DNA of 64,000 nt from Methylophilaceae bacterium (GCA_965247415.1 OZ252007.1:2416416-2480415); one strand, 5' to 3'; shown: positions 39,166 through 48,144, counted from the stretch's first letter. Notes: generated from the sequence alone by a model not told the origin. Numbers and translations: made by a program.

Positions 39166-39693
39166 TTGAAAGTGAATACAATGCAAAAACCTAATTTTAA
39201 TTTTGTGACTCATTCAGTTTTGAAAAAATCATCGATTGATTTTATCTTAGTTGCATTGGCAATATTATTAGCGGCGATTTTATTTATAGTTTATCAATTT
39301 AAATTAAGTGCATTCAATGATCTTCAAGCAAAAAAAGATGCACAGCCTGTCATCAGGACAAAGCCAATTAATCCACAATTCGCAGAACATTTACAACATT
39401 TTAAGATTGCTCAACATACCCTTAATGTGCCTTGGATGGAAACTTTTAACGCGCTAGAGTTGGTAAAGCAAGCGCATCCAAATGTGCAATTTTTGTCCGT
39501 AGAGCCTAATCTGAACCGTAATGAAATTAAAATTAAAGTGAAGGCAGAAGCATTTGATGAAGTGACCGCTTTACTAGAGTCGTTACGAAAATCACCACTG
39601 TTTAATGAAGCGGAATTAGTGAGTCAGCATATTGAAACCACCGATGAGGAAGTGGTTACTGTATTTGATATACATTTAGGGTGGAAAATATGA
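39166..39693 (+). CDS. PilN-like single-pass membrane protein (cluster 1)
   Basis: A short cytoplasmic N-terminus, one TM (IDFILVALAILLAAILFIVY), then a coiled coil and a small periplasmic domain. The start is uncertain (TTG 39166 or ATG 39181). Confidence 0.45.
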   Translation: MKVNTMQKPNFNFVTHSVLKKSSIDFILVALAILLAAILFIVYQFKLSAFNDLQAKKDAQPVIRTKPINPQFAEHLQHFKIAQHTLNVPWMETFNALELVKQAHPNVQFLSVEPNLNRNEIKIKVKAEAFDEVTALLESLRKSPLFNEAELVSQHIETTDEEVVTVFDIHLGWKI

Positions 39694-40241
39694 GTTTCTT
39701 TTCTATTGAATTAAGTGCAAAAATTAAATGGCAATTAATCCGATTTTTTGACCAAGTTGGTTTGTTAGGTCGCGCCGCTTTATTATTAGTTTTTCTTTTA
39801 ACGGTGCTATTTTTTATCCGTTGGCAGGCATTGCAAAACAAAATAAATACCATGCATCTTGAGGTGCCCGGAATCACAAAAAATACTGATGCATATGTAG
39901 ATCAAGAAAAAATGCTCGCAGATGCGCTCGTCAAATTTCCCAAAGTAGATGATAAAGCGCAAACTTTTAATAGATTGATGCAACTTGCCAATGCGCAAGA
40001 GCTTACGTTAGATGCAGTGACTTATAAAACAAAACATAGCGAAAGCACAGCACCATTAAGTCAAACAATGGTGGATTTTACTTTGATTGCAACTTATCCA
40101 GAAGTGCATGATTTTATTAACAAAGTCATGGTAAGTATGCCTTTTGTGGCGATAGAGCAGCTCAGTTTTACTCGTATTAATAATGAAGATGACGTGATTG
40201 AAGCGCGTATAAAACTACTCTTTAACTTTGTGCTGAATTGA
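39690..40241 (+). CDS. PilO/GspM-like single-pass membrane protein (cluster 1)
   Basis: ATGA overlap with the upstream stop. It has a TM (GRAALLLVFLLTVLFFI) followed by a ~130-aa periplasmic domain. Confidence 0.45.
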   Translation: MSFFSIELSAKIKWQLIRFFDQVGLLGRAALLLVFLLTVLFFIRWQALQNKINTMHLEVPGITKNTDAYVDQEKMLADALVKFPKVDDKAQTFNRLMQLANAQELTLDAVTYKTKHSESTAPLSQTMVDFTLIATYPEVHDFINKVMVSMPFVAIEQLSFTRINNEDDVIEARIKLLFNFVLN

Positions 40242-40246
40242 GTTTA

Positions 40247-40783
40247 ATGACGATGAAAAAAAGCAATGCATGGATATTGTGGGGAGGTTTATTCTTGACG
40301 CTGATATTGACTTGGCGCATGAGCACTCATGATGCTTCAGAGCAGACCGTTTTGCCTATCAGAATATTGGCGCAAACTAACATACCATTGCAAATGCGAG
40401 ATATTCAACCTTTTCAGCAAAGTATTGGTGAGAATGAAAAGTTAACTTTAAGAAAGTCTTATGAAAGCATATCGGATTTATTTGCATTAGCAGAAGTAAA
40501 GGAAGAACCTGCAGAAACAAACCGTAAAAAGTCACAAGTGCAACCTATCATAGTGCCACCTTTGCCTTTTAAATATATCGGGCGCTGGAAAGACCAAACA
40601 CAAACGCTGGTGCTTCTTAGTATGAATGATGAAATTATTTCTGCAAAAGTGGGTGATACCATTTTTAATAAATATCAATTACAAAATGTGACTGAAAATG
40701 CGCAAGTATTAACTTTGCAGTTTTTAAATCAACCTTTTCACCAAACACAGATACTTCAAGTAGGGAAAGCTCAAGATGAATAA
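40247..40783 (+). CDS. PilP-like periplasmic protein (cluster 1)
   Basis: An N-terminal anchor, a linker, then PLPFKYIGRW...TLVLLSMNDEIISAKVGDTIFNKYQLQNV, which resembles the PilP beta-domain pattern. Its end overlaps the secretin start. Confidence 0.45.
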   Translation: MTMKKSNAWILWGGLFLTLILTWRMSTHDASEQTVLPIRILAQTNIPLQMRDIQPFQQSIGENEKLTLRKSYESISDLFALAEVKEEPAETNRKKSQVQPIIVPPLPFKYIGRWKDQTQTLVLLSMNDEIISAKVGDTIFNKYQLQNVTENAQVLTLQFLNQPFHQTQILQVGKAQDE

Positions 40784-42698
40784 AGCCACGCTCATAAAAA
40801 CAGGCTTTTATTTTTTAGTCATTCAATTAGGCATGCATTTAACTGCTTGCGAAACAATGACGGCTAAATTACACACTCAAAAATACGATGTAAATCAACT
40901 AGAGAATCCAAAAGAAGCTAAGCAGATTCCAGAAAAAATTCAAAATATCAATGCGCGTGAAGCTAAAATTCAGCAGTTGATTCAAGATGCGGAGCATGCA
41001 AAGCGTGAAGGAAATTTTGACGAAGCGGCGCGGTTTTATGATGAACTTCTCGCTTATGACTCCAATAATTTGAAAGCGCAAGATGGTTTGTTGCAGTTAA
41101 GTTTAGAGAAAAAACATGCAGAATTATTGGCAGATGCAGAAAACATTTTATCTGAGTCCACAGAAAAAAATCGCTTAGAAAAAATAGAAGCTGCACTTAC
41201 TAAACTGCATAAAATATTATTAGAAAATGCGCAGCACCCTAAAGCGTTGGCGTTGAATCAGCATTTATTAGCGGAACAATTGCAATTAATGCAGGCTAAA
41301 AATGTTAAAAAATTGGCGTTTAACCAACCAGTGACGATGGAATTTAGAGATGTAAATATCAAAATGATTTTTGAGTCACTTTCTAAAATGGCAAAAATTA
41401 ATTTCATTTTAGATAAAGATATTCCAAGTGATCAAAAAGCAACCATTTTTGTAAAGTCGGTTGAGTTTAATGATGCGCTAGATTTATTACTACAAACAAA
41501 TCAATTAGAAAAAAAAGTTCTCAGCGATAACTCTGCCATTATTTATGTGAATGACCCGCTTCGCCAAAGAGAATATAAAGATCTTTCAGTGCGGAGCTAC
41601 ACGTTGGATTACGCAGATGCAAAACAAATGAGTACGATTTTGCGTTCCATGTTAAATATTCGGAATATGGAAGTAGACCCACGTTTAAATGTGTTGCTGA
41701 TTAAAGATTCACCTGAAATTTTACAGTTAGCAGAAAAAATTATTTATGCGCAAGATAAACCAGATCCAGAAGTCTTACTTGAATTGCAAGTGATGGAGAT
41801 TAAGCGCTCATACTTACAAAATCTAGGGGTGAATATGCCCACAGGCGTGAATGTGCCTGTGCCTAGTTCAGGTATTCTCACGGTTAAAGACTTAAGTAAT
41901 GTCACGGGAAGTTCCCTCATGGTCAATGGCGTACCAGGGTTAGTGTTTAATGCCACTAATGGCGATGTGAACTTGCTCGCAAATCCACGTATTCGGGTTA
42001 AGAATAAAGAAGTTGCAAAAATTCATATTGGTGAAAAAGTGCCTGTGTTTACTTCAAATGTCGCATCTACGGGGGTGACATCGCAGTCAATTCAATATAT
42101 TGATGCAGGTCTTAAATTAGAGGTTGAACCTTCAGTAAGCTCAACGGATGATGTCACGATTAAAATCAATCTTAACGTGGGCTCAATCGGCGATAAAGTG
42201 ATCGCCTCAAGTGGTGGCAATCAAAGTGTTGCGTTTAGAGTGGGGACAAGATTAACCAGTACACAGTTGCGTTTGCACGATGGCGAAACGCAATTGCTAG
42301 CAGGGTTAATAGATGACCAAGACCGAAAAAATGTGAGTGGCATTCCAGGGCTATCAAATATTCCTTTGTTAGGAAAGCTTTTTTCTAGTCAAACCGATGA
42401 CAAAGTAAAAACAGAAATTGTACTTTCCATTACGCCGCATATTATTCGGCCAAGAACCCCACAACAAGCACATGAGTCTGAAATTTGGGTCGGTTCAGAA
42501 GGGCGCGCAGGTAAACGTTCAGCAAGTCCGAGATTTGAAAATGGCGCATCACCTTTTATTGTGCCGCAACCGCCAAAACCTGCGCAAACAGCACCAAAAT
42601 CTGAAGAACCATCGAATATTAATATTCCATTACCAACAGGCTTTTCATTAGGAACAGGTTTAACGCCACCGACGAAAGAAGGCGCGGATAAGCAGTAG
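40776..42698 (+). CDS. secretin (GspD/PilQ/MshL superfamily) lipoprotein with N-terminal TPR-like domain (cluster 1)
   Basis: Lipobox (MHLTAC), a TPR/helical region of ~170 aa, an N0-like domain (VTMEFRDVNIKMIFESLSKMAKINFILDKDI) and a secretin core (NPRIRVKNKEVAKIHIGEKVPV; LRLHDGETQLLAGLIDD...SGIPGLSNIPLLGKLF...IVLSITPHII). The C-terminal tail is P/Q-rich. Confidence 0.9.
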   Translation: MNKATLIKTGFYFLVIQLGMHLTACETMTAKLHTQKYDVNQLENPKEAKQIPEKIQNINAREAKIQQLIQDAEHAKREGNFDEAARFYDELLAYDSNNLKAQDGLLQLSLEKKHAELLADAENILSESTEKNRLEKIEAALTKLHKILLENAQHPKALALNQHLLAEQLQLMQAKNVKKLAFNQPVTMEFRDVNIKMIFESLSKMAKINFILDKDIPSDQKATIFVKSVEFNDALDLLLQTNQLEKKVLSDNSAIIYVNDPLRQREYKDLSVRSYTLDYADAKQMSTILRSMLNIRNMEVDPRLNVLLIKDSPEILQLAEKIIYAQDKPDPEVLLELQVMEIKRSYLQNLGVNMPTGVNVPVPSSGILTVKDLSNVTGSSLMVNGVPGLVFNATNGDVNLLANPRIRVKNKEVAKIHIGEKVPVFTSNVASTGVTSQSIQYIDAGLKLEVEPSVSSTDDVTIKINLNVGSIGDKVIASSGGNQSVAFRVGTRLTSTQLRLHDGETQLLAGLIDDQDRKNVSGIPGLSNIPLLGKLFSSQTDDKVKTEIVLSITPHIIRPRTPQQAHESEIWVGSEGRAGKRSASPRFENGASPFIVPQPPKPAQTAPKSEEPSNINIPLPTGFSLGTGLTPPTKEGADKQ

Positions 42699-42700
42699 CC

Positions 42701-43222
42701 ATGTTCAATAAACGTTCAACGAAAGGTTTCTCATATGTGGAAATGGTATTTGTTGTTGCCATGTTGGCGCTCATGGCCGCTGTTGCAACGCCTTATTTGG
42801 AAAAAAATATTCAACGCAAAAAAGAAACTGAGCTTAAACAAAATTTGCGTGAAATTAGAATGGCAATTGATGCTTATAAAGCTGCATTTGATGCGGGAAA
42901 GTTTGCAAAAGGCATTTCTTATAGTGGGTACCCAAAAAATTTAGATGATTTAGTGAATGGCGTAGATGATGTCACAGACCCACAAAAAAAGAAGCTATTT
43001 TTTTTAAGAAAAATACCCGCAGACCCGATGTTTTCAGATGCGCAATTACGTGAATCTCAGAATGATGGCGCAAATGCTGACCCTATTAACCCCGCAGATA
43101 CATGGGGAAAACGTAGTTATGAGAGTGATGCGGATAATCCTAAAGAAGGTCGTGATGTGTATGACATTTTTTCATTAAGCCCTGATGTGGGTGTGAATGG
43201 CATACCATACGCAAAATGGTAA
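42701..43222 (+). CDS. GspG-like pseudopilin A (cluster 1)
   Basis: Prepilin motif KG/FSYVEMVFVV with Glu at +5 and a GspG-like body (YPKNLDDLV, IPADPM). The C-terminus is GIPYAKW. Confidence 0.8.
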   Translation: MFNKRSTKGFSYVEMVFVVAMLALMAAVATPYLEKNIQRKKETELKQNLREIRMAIDAYKAAFDAGKFAKGISYSGYPKNLDDLVNGVDDVTDPQKKKLFFLRKIPADPMFSDAQLRESQNDGANADPINPADTWGKRSYESDADNPKEGRDVYDIFSLSPDVGVNGIPYAKW

Positions 43223-43224
43223 AT

Positions 43225-43605
43225 ATGCATAAAAATGTAATACTTCGTGGCTTTACGATGATAGAACTCATGATTGTGATGGCAATGATTGCAACCATCA
43301 TCGCAATTGCGATGCCACGCTACTTTGACGGCTTGCACCGCACCAAAGAAATGGCATTGAAGCAAAATTTAAAAGAAATGCGTGAGGCAATTGGCCATTA
43401 TCATGAAGATAAAGGACAATATCCAGCAACGTTAGACACGCTGGTTCTGGAGCGTTACTTGCGTTTTATTCCAGTTGATCCCATCACACAGAGTGCAGAA
43501 ACTTGGCAAATTGTAGAGATGTCACAAGGCCAACGCGGTGTTTATGACGTGCAAAGTGGTTCACCCGAGAATGCAGACAGCGGTGTTCCTTATAATAGTT
43601 GGTAA
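43225..43605 (+). CDS. GspG-like pseudopilin B (cluster 1)
   Basis: Prepilin motif RG/FTMIELMIVM with Glu at +5, YPATLDTLV, IPVDPIT and the C-terminus GVPYNSW. An alternative ATG is at 43216. Confidence 0.8.
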   Translation: MHKNVILRGFTMIELMIVMAMIATIIAIAMPRYFDGLHRTKEMALKQNLKEMREAIGHYHEDKGQYPATLDTLVLERYLRFIPVDPITQSAETWQIVEMSQGQRGVYDVQSGSPENADSGVPYNSW

Positions 43606-43608
43606 TGT

Positions 43609-44169
43609 ATGCGTGCTTCTTTGAAAACAAAGCAAATTCAAACCCAAAGAGGCTTTGCTTATATTGTTTTACTTTTTTTAGTGGCCGCTATTTCTGTCAC
43701 CATTGCAATTGTTTCGCAAGATGAAGCAACCTTGCAAATGCGTGAGAAAGAGCGTGATTGGTTGTTTATTGGGCATCAATACCAGCAAGCTATCAAGCGT
43801 TACTATGAAAAATCTCCTGATGGCATAAAAACCTTACCAAATAACATAGATGATTTGGTGTTAGATAGTCGCTTCATAAAGCCAGTCCATCATTTACGCA
43901 AGCCATATTTAGACCCCTTAACAGGAAAAGAATGGGCTTTGATTAGAAACGAAGAAGGCTTTCTTATTGGCGTAAATAGTGAATCGGCCAATCCAGTTTT
44001 TTTGCAACAAATGGTATCGCAGTTAATAGAGTCTTCCAGTGCTATTTCGCAGCATACAGATGTGAAATTTGTATTTAAAGTAGATGATGCAGAGTCTGAA
44101 GATTCAAATGAAAATCAAGAGATCGATAATTTAGATAGCGTTGAATCCGAAGCTATTGTTAGCCAGTAA
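43609..44169 (+). CDS. pseudopilin-like protein lacking Glu5 (cluster 1)
   Basis: RG/FAYIVLLFLVAAI has a prepilin-like hydrophobic N-terminus with Val at +5. The C-terminal tail is acidic. Confidence 0.5.
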   Translation: MRASLKTKQIQTQRGFAYIVLLFLVAAISVTIAIVSQDEATLQMREKERDWLFIGHQYQQAIKRYYEKSPDGIKTLPNNIDDLVLDSRFIKPVHHLRKPYLDPLTGKEWALIRNEEGFLIGVNSESANPVFLQQMVSQLIESSSAISQHTDVKFVFKVDDAESEDSNENQEIDNLDSVESEAIVSQ

Positions 44170-44553
44170 CTAATTCTATGTAGATGCAGATTGCGCACAT
44201 TCATTTGTGTGATTCATAGAAGACGTTTCAACATAATTGGGGTGAATTAAGTTGGGGACCTCTTGGGTCTCTAAGACATTTAATTTGATAAATTTATTCA
44301 AAGAAACATAGTTTTTCTACATCTAGATCACCTACAGGGCAATTAAGATGAATGTCAGCTTTAGAGAGTAAGTATGAATATAAAAAATCAGACGGGCAGC
44401 TTATCCCCCATTCTGTTGAAAAACTCCTAATGGCAATATCTAGACCTATCTGGTCTTCATCAGCACTTATCTGAGTTTTATAGCTATACAGGTAGACCGT
44501 ATGTACCTGCGCTAAATAGCCAAGTATTCGCAATTCGGGAATGGCAAAAAACG

Positions 44554-44573
44554 TTTGGGCTAAATTTGGGCTA
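44554..44573 (+). repeat. 20-bp motif TTTGGGCTAAATTTGGGCTA, copy 2
   Basis: Identical to 12152-12171. It lies 80 bp inside the island relative to the attR core. Confidence 0.8.
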
Positions 44574-44653
44574 AAATTGAGTTGAACTATGTACAACCAT
44601 GTTCACTAAGTTATTGATGTGTATAGCTATGTATAACCATGTTTTATATGTTG

Positions 44654-44682
44654 CGTGAGTTCGAATCTCACCTCTTCCGCCA
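44654..44682 (+). repeat. attR core: orphan copy of the 3' 29 nt of tRNA-Ser
   Basis: Exact match to 12081-12109. No remaining tRNA body lies upstream of it. Confidence 0.9.
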
Positions 44683-45247
44683 ATTTTATTCAATACAATC
44701 AATGAGTTATATATTTTTTACTTTAGTTTTGTACAATATTTGTACTAAAAAGTAAATTGTTAACTTTTTCGATTTCTTTTGACTTGTCAGCTGAATCAAT
44801 CCATTTTGCATAAACCTACAAGTAACTGTAGTCAGGGTCTGTCACACCTTGCTTGTGATACAAGATAATTGTGGCAATTATTCCCGCGATAAAAAATAAA
44901 GCAATCTAAAGCTTAGTGATGAATAAGCTTTCAATTTTTTTATAAAAAAGTCTTTTTATTTAATTACCTTTAGAAATGGTTTCTGAGTTGAATTGCTTCT
45001 GAGGATTTTTTTTCTTGCAAAGGTATCTTAATGCAAAGACATCTTAATAAAGTCTACTTGAAAAATTAGAAATAAATTCCAAGGTTTGGCTACTCTGATA
45101 TATTTTTTTTAAGTTAATCTTTTCAAGATTCACCTCATAAACACTATTGCTGGCTGTCACAATTCTGCAATCTCTTTGTCATCATTAATCGTTAATATTG
45201 GCTGGTTAAAAGCAACATGTTTGTTGTTGACGATGGGTGAAATGTTC

Positions 45248-46432
45248 ATGGAATTTCAGGTAAAAGCAGTGCGTGGTGGGGCAGTGGTTTTTTTAAACCT
45301 TGTTGCTAATCATGCAGAAGATGCACTTTTGCAAGCGCGTGCGCGTGGTTACGCGCCTATATCAGCGCGTCCTGAAAAAAAATCAATACTGGCTGTAGGT
45401 AATACTAAAAAATTTCCGTTAGATCTTTTTAGCCAAGAGTTATTAGCGTTGCTTGAGGCTGGCATGAATTTGGTTGAAGCAATTGAAGCGCTCACAGAAA
45501 AAGAGGAGCGTTCTGAGGTGAAAAGCGTACTAGATGCCTTATTGCAATCGTTATATCAAGGGCAAACTTTATCTGCCGCGTTAGAGCAACAAGCGTCAAT
45601 TTTTCCTGTGCTATATATCTCTACCGTGCGCGCTAGTGAAAAATCGGGCGATTTGCCGGAAGCGCTTACACGTTATGTGAAATATGCTGAACAACTAGGT
45701 GTGCTAAAGAAAAAAATTGTAAGTGCTTCCATTTACCCGATGTTACTTTTAGCGGTTGGTAGTTTAGTGATTCTTTTTTTACTTGGCTTTGTAGTACCTA
45801 AATTTAGCAAAATTTATGAGGGCACGGGCGGCGATTTGCCGTGGATGTCTCAAGTGTTGATGGCTTGGGGGGTGTTGTTAGAAACACATGGCGAAGCAAT
45901 GTTGATTGGCTTGTTTGTTGCCGTGATTTTTTTAGTAATCGCACTTTCTCAACCAGCAACAAAAAAATGGATTGCGCAACTATTTTGGCGGATTCCAGCA
46001 TTTGGTAAAAAATTAAAAACCTATCAACTTGCTAGGTTTTATCGCACATTAGGCATGTTGCTCAAAGGTGGTACGGCGATTACTGCTGCCATGCAATCTG
46101 TCGCTGGCTTGCTTGACACCGCTTTGCAAAAAAATATGAATCAGGCGATTTTGGCAATATCTGAGGGTCAATCGCTTTCTGTTGCGTTTGAACAAGCTGG
46201 GCTGACTACACCCGTTGCGCTCAGAATGTTAAGGGTGGGTGAGCGGGGCGGCAATATCGGCGACATGATGGAGCGTGTTGCCAGCTTTTATGATGAAGAA
46301 CTTTCGCGTTGGATAGATTGGTTTACCAAATTATTTGAGCCAATTTTAATGCTTTTTATTGGCTTGGTGATTGGTGTCGTTGTCTTGCTACTTTATATGC
46401 CAATTTTTGAGCTAGCGGGCAATATTCAATGA
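45248..46432 (+). CDS. GspF/PilC-family platform protein (cluster 2)
   Basis: Paralog of 35513-36730 with the same C-terminus (ILMLFIGLVIGVVVLLLYMPIFELAGNI). The start is set to ATG 45248 (MEFQVKAVRGG) by alignment with its paralog. Confidence 0.9.
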   Translation: MEFQVKAVRGGAVVFLNLVANHAEDALLQARARGYAPISARPEKKSILAVGNTKKFPLDLFSQELLALLEAGMNLVEAIEALTEKEERSEVKSVLDALLQSLYQGQTLSAALEQQASIFPVLYISTVRASEKSGDLPEALTRYVKYAEQLGVLKKKIVSASIYPMLLLAVGSLVILFLLGFVVPKFSKIYEGTGGDLPWMSQVLMAWGVLLETHGEAMLIGLFVAVIFLVIALSQPATKKWIAQLFWRIPAFGKKLKTYQLARFYRTLGMLLKGGTAITAAMQSVAGLLDTALQKNMNQAILAISEGQSLSVAFEQAGLTTPVALRMLRVGERGGNIGDMMERVASFYDEELSRWIDWFTKLFEPILMLFIGLVIGVVVLLLYMPIFELAGNIQ

Positions 46433-48144
46433 TGATTGATACGCGCAATATACTTGAATTAGAAAGCATGCCTGCCATGTTAATTAATCCCATGCAAATC
46501 AAGCAGGCAAAGCTACAAGCGGCTTCGCAACAACGACGTGTGGTGGATGTGTTGGAAGATTTATTGGCAGTTGATCAAGCAGAATTTTTACAATCGCTCA
46601 GCAAAACATTTCAATATACCGCCATCAGCATGAAAGAAATGCATGCATTAAATGTTGCGTTTGATGTCATTTCATTTACCCAAGCCCAACAAAAAGAATG
46701 CATTGCTTTTGCGCAAGCAGATCAAAAAGTCATCATTGTGTTTGCAGATCCATTCAATGAAAATCTCTATGAATGGATTCTTTCAATCATGCAGCGCCCA
46801 TTTGAATGTCGCTTGGCGCATCGCAAAGATTTAGCCGCTTATTTGGCGCGGCACGAAGAAAGCATGCGTGCGATGGACGGTTTGCAGCAAAATCACGCAA
46901 GTTTAACGGCGGAATCTGATGAAGCTGTGACGCATCTATCCTTAAAATCAATTAATGAAGATACCAACCCGATTGTTAAACTGATTAATTCCACCTTGTA
47001 CGATGCATTAAAAGCGCAAGCCAGTGATATTCACATGGAATGCACACCGCTTGGTCTGGCAATTAAATACCGGATTGACGGCGTGATGGCGCATGTGGCC
47101 GGTATGCAGGGCATTGAAAATGCTGATCAAGCCATCTCGCGCATTAAAGTCATGGCGCAGCTAGACATTTCAGAACGGCGTATTCCGCAAGATGGCCGCT
47201 TTAAGGTAATTGTGCAAAATCGTGATGTAGATTTTCGTGTTTCCATTATGCCAAGTTCGTTTGGTGAAGATGCAGTATTGAGGGTGCTAGATAGAAAATC
47301 GTTAACTGAAGAAGCGCAAGGCTTGAGTTTGCATTCTTTAGGATTTGATGAAGATATTATTTTGCAATTTAGACAATTAGCCAGCGAGCCTTACGGCATG
47401 GTGCTGGTAACTGGGCCTACTGGTAGCGGGAAAACAACTTCTTTGTATGCCGCCATTACTGAGGTGAATACTGGCGTTGATAAAATTATTACCATTGAAG
47501 ATCCTGTGGAATATCAATTACCTGGTGTGTTACAAATTCCAGTGAATGAGAAAAAAGGGCTTACTTTTGCCAGAGGCTTACGTTCAATTTTACGGCACGA
47601 CCCTGACAAAATTATGGTGGGTGAAATTCGTGACCCAGAAACTGCACAAATTGCTGTGCAAGCAGCCCTGACAGGGCATTTGGTGTTTACCACAGTGCAT
47701 GCCAACAGCGTGCTGGATGTAATTGGTCGTTTTATGCATATGGGCGTAGACCCATACAATTTTGTTTCAGCAGTCAATGGTATTGTGGCACAGCGCTTGA
47801 TAAGAGAAATTTGTACGCATTGTGCAGAAGATTTTTACCCCAACGCAGCGTTATTAAAAGCTTCTGGATTAACACCAGAAGTGGCTTCCACCATGCGTTT
47901 TAAATTTTCAAAAGGGTGCGGACATTGCCGTGGCACAGGCTACAAAGGGCGCAAAGCAGTGGCGGAACTTTTAGTGCTCAATGATGAATTGCGTGAAATG
48001 ATTGTGGCGCGTGACCCAATTAGAAAGTTGAAGGAAGCCGCAAAGCGTTCTGGTATGCGCACCATTCGAGAAGCTGCGCTGGATGCAGCAGGGCGCGGAC
48101 TTACCACATTACAGGAGATTAATCGTGTCACTTTTGTCGCCTAA
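46429..48144 (+). CDS. GspE/PilB-family secretion ATPase (cluster 2)
   Basis: Walker A GPTGSGKTT, IMVGEIRD, LVFTTVHAN and CTHC...GCGHCRGTGYKGR. The ATPase core looks highly similar to the cluster 1 copy by eye. ATGA overlap with gspF. Confidence 0.95.
   Translation: MMIDTRNILELESMPAMLINPMQIKQAKLQAASQQRRVVDVLEDLLAVDQAEFLQSLSKTFQYTAISMKEMHALNVAFDVISFTQAQQKECIAFAQADQKVIIVFADPFNENLYEWILSIMQRPFECRLAHRKDLAAYLARHEESMRAMDGLQQNHASLTAESDEAVTHLSLKSINEDTNPIVKLINSTLYDALKAQASDIHMECTPLGLAIKYRIDGVMAHVAGMQGIENADQAISRIKVMAQLDISERRIPQDGRFKVIVQNRDVDFRVSIMPSSFGEDAVLRVLDRKSLTEEAQGLSLHSLGFDEDIILQFRQLASEPYGMVLVTGPTGSGKTTSLYAAITEVNTGVDKIITIEDPVEYQLPGVLQIPVNEKKGLTFARGLRSILRHDPDKIMVGEIRDPETAQIAVQAALTGHLVFTTVHANSVLDVIGRFMHMGVDPYNFVSAVNGIVAQRLIREICTHCAEDFYPNAALLKASGLTPEVASTMRFKFSKGCGHCRGTGYKGRKAVAELLVLNDELREMIVARDPIRKLKEAAKRSGMRTIREAALDAAGRGLTTLQEINRVTFVA

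Larger units (their letters stand above)
12110..44682. mobile_element. tRNA-Ser-integrated genomic island (~32.6 kb), integrase decayed
   Basis: Bounded by an intact tRNA and a 29-bp direct repeat of its 3' end. An integrase remnant abuts the tRNA, identical 20-bp tandem motifs sit just inside both ends, and the composition is mosaic with an internal IS. Confidence 0.7.

Noticed and set aside
44294-44596. 100-aa minus-strand ORF at the right end of the island (possible excisionase position)
   Set aside because: It shows no HTH or Xis/AlpA-like sequence. Part of its frame is just the translated 20-bp arm repeat (SPNLAQ, also seen at the left end). It is more likely non-coding attP-arm DNA.
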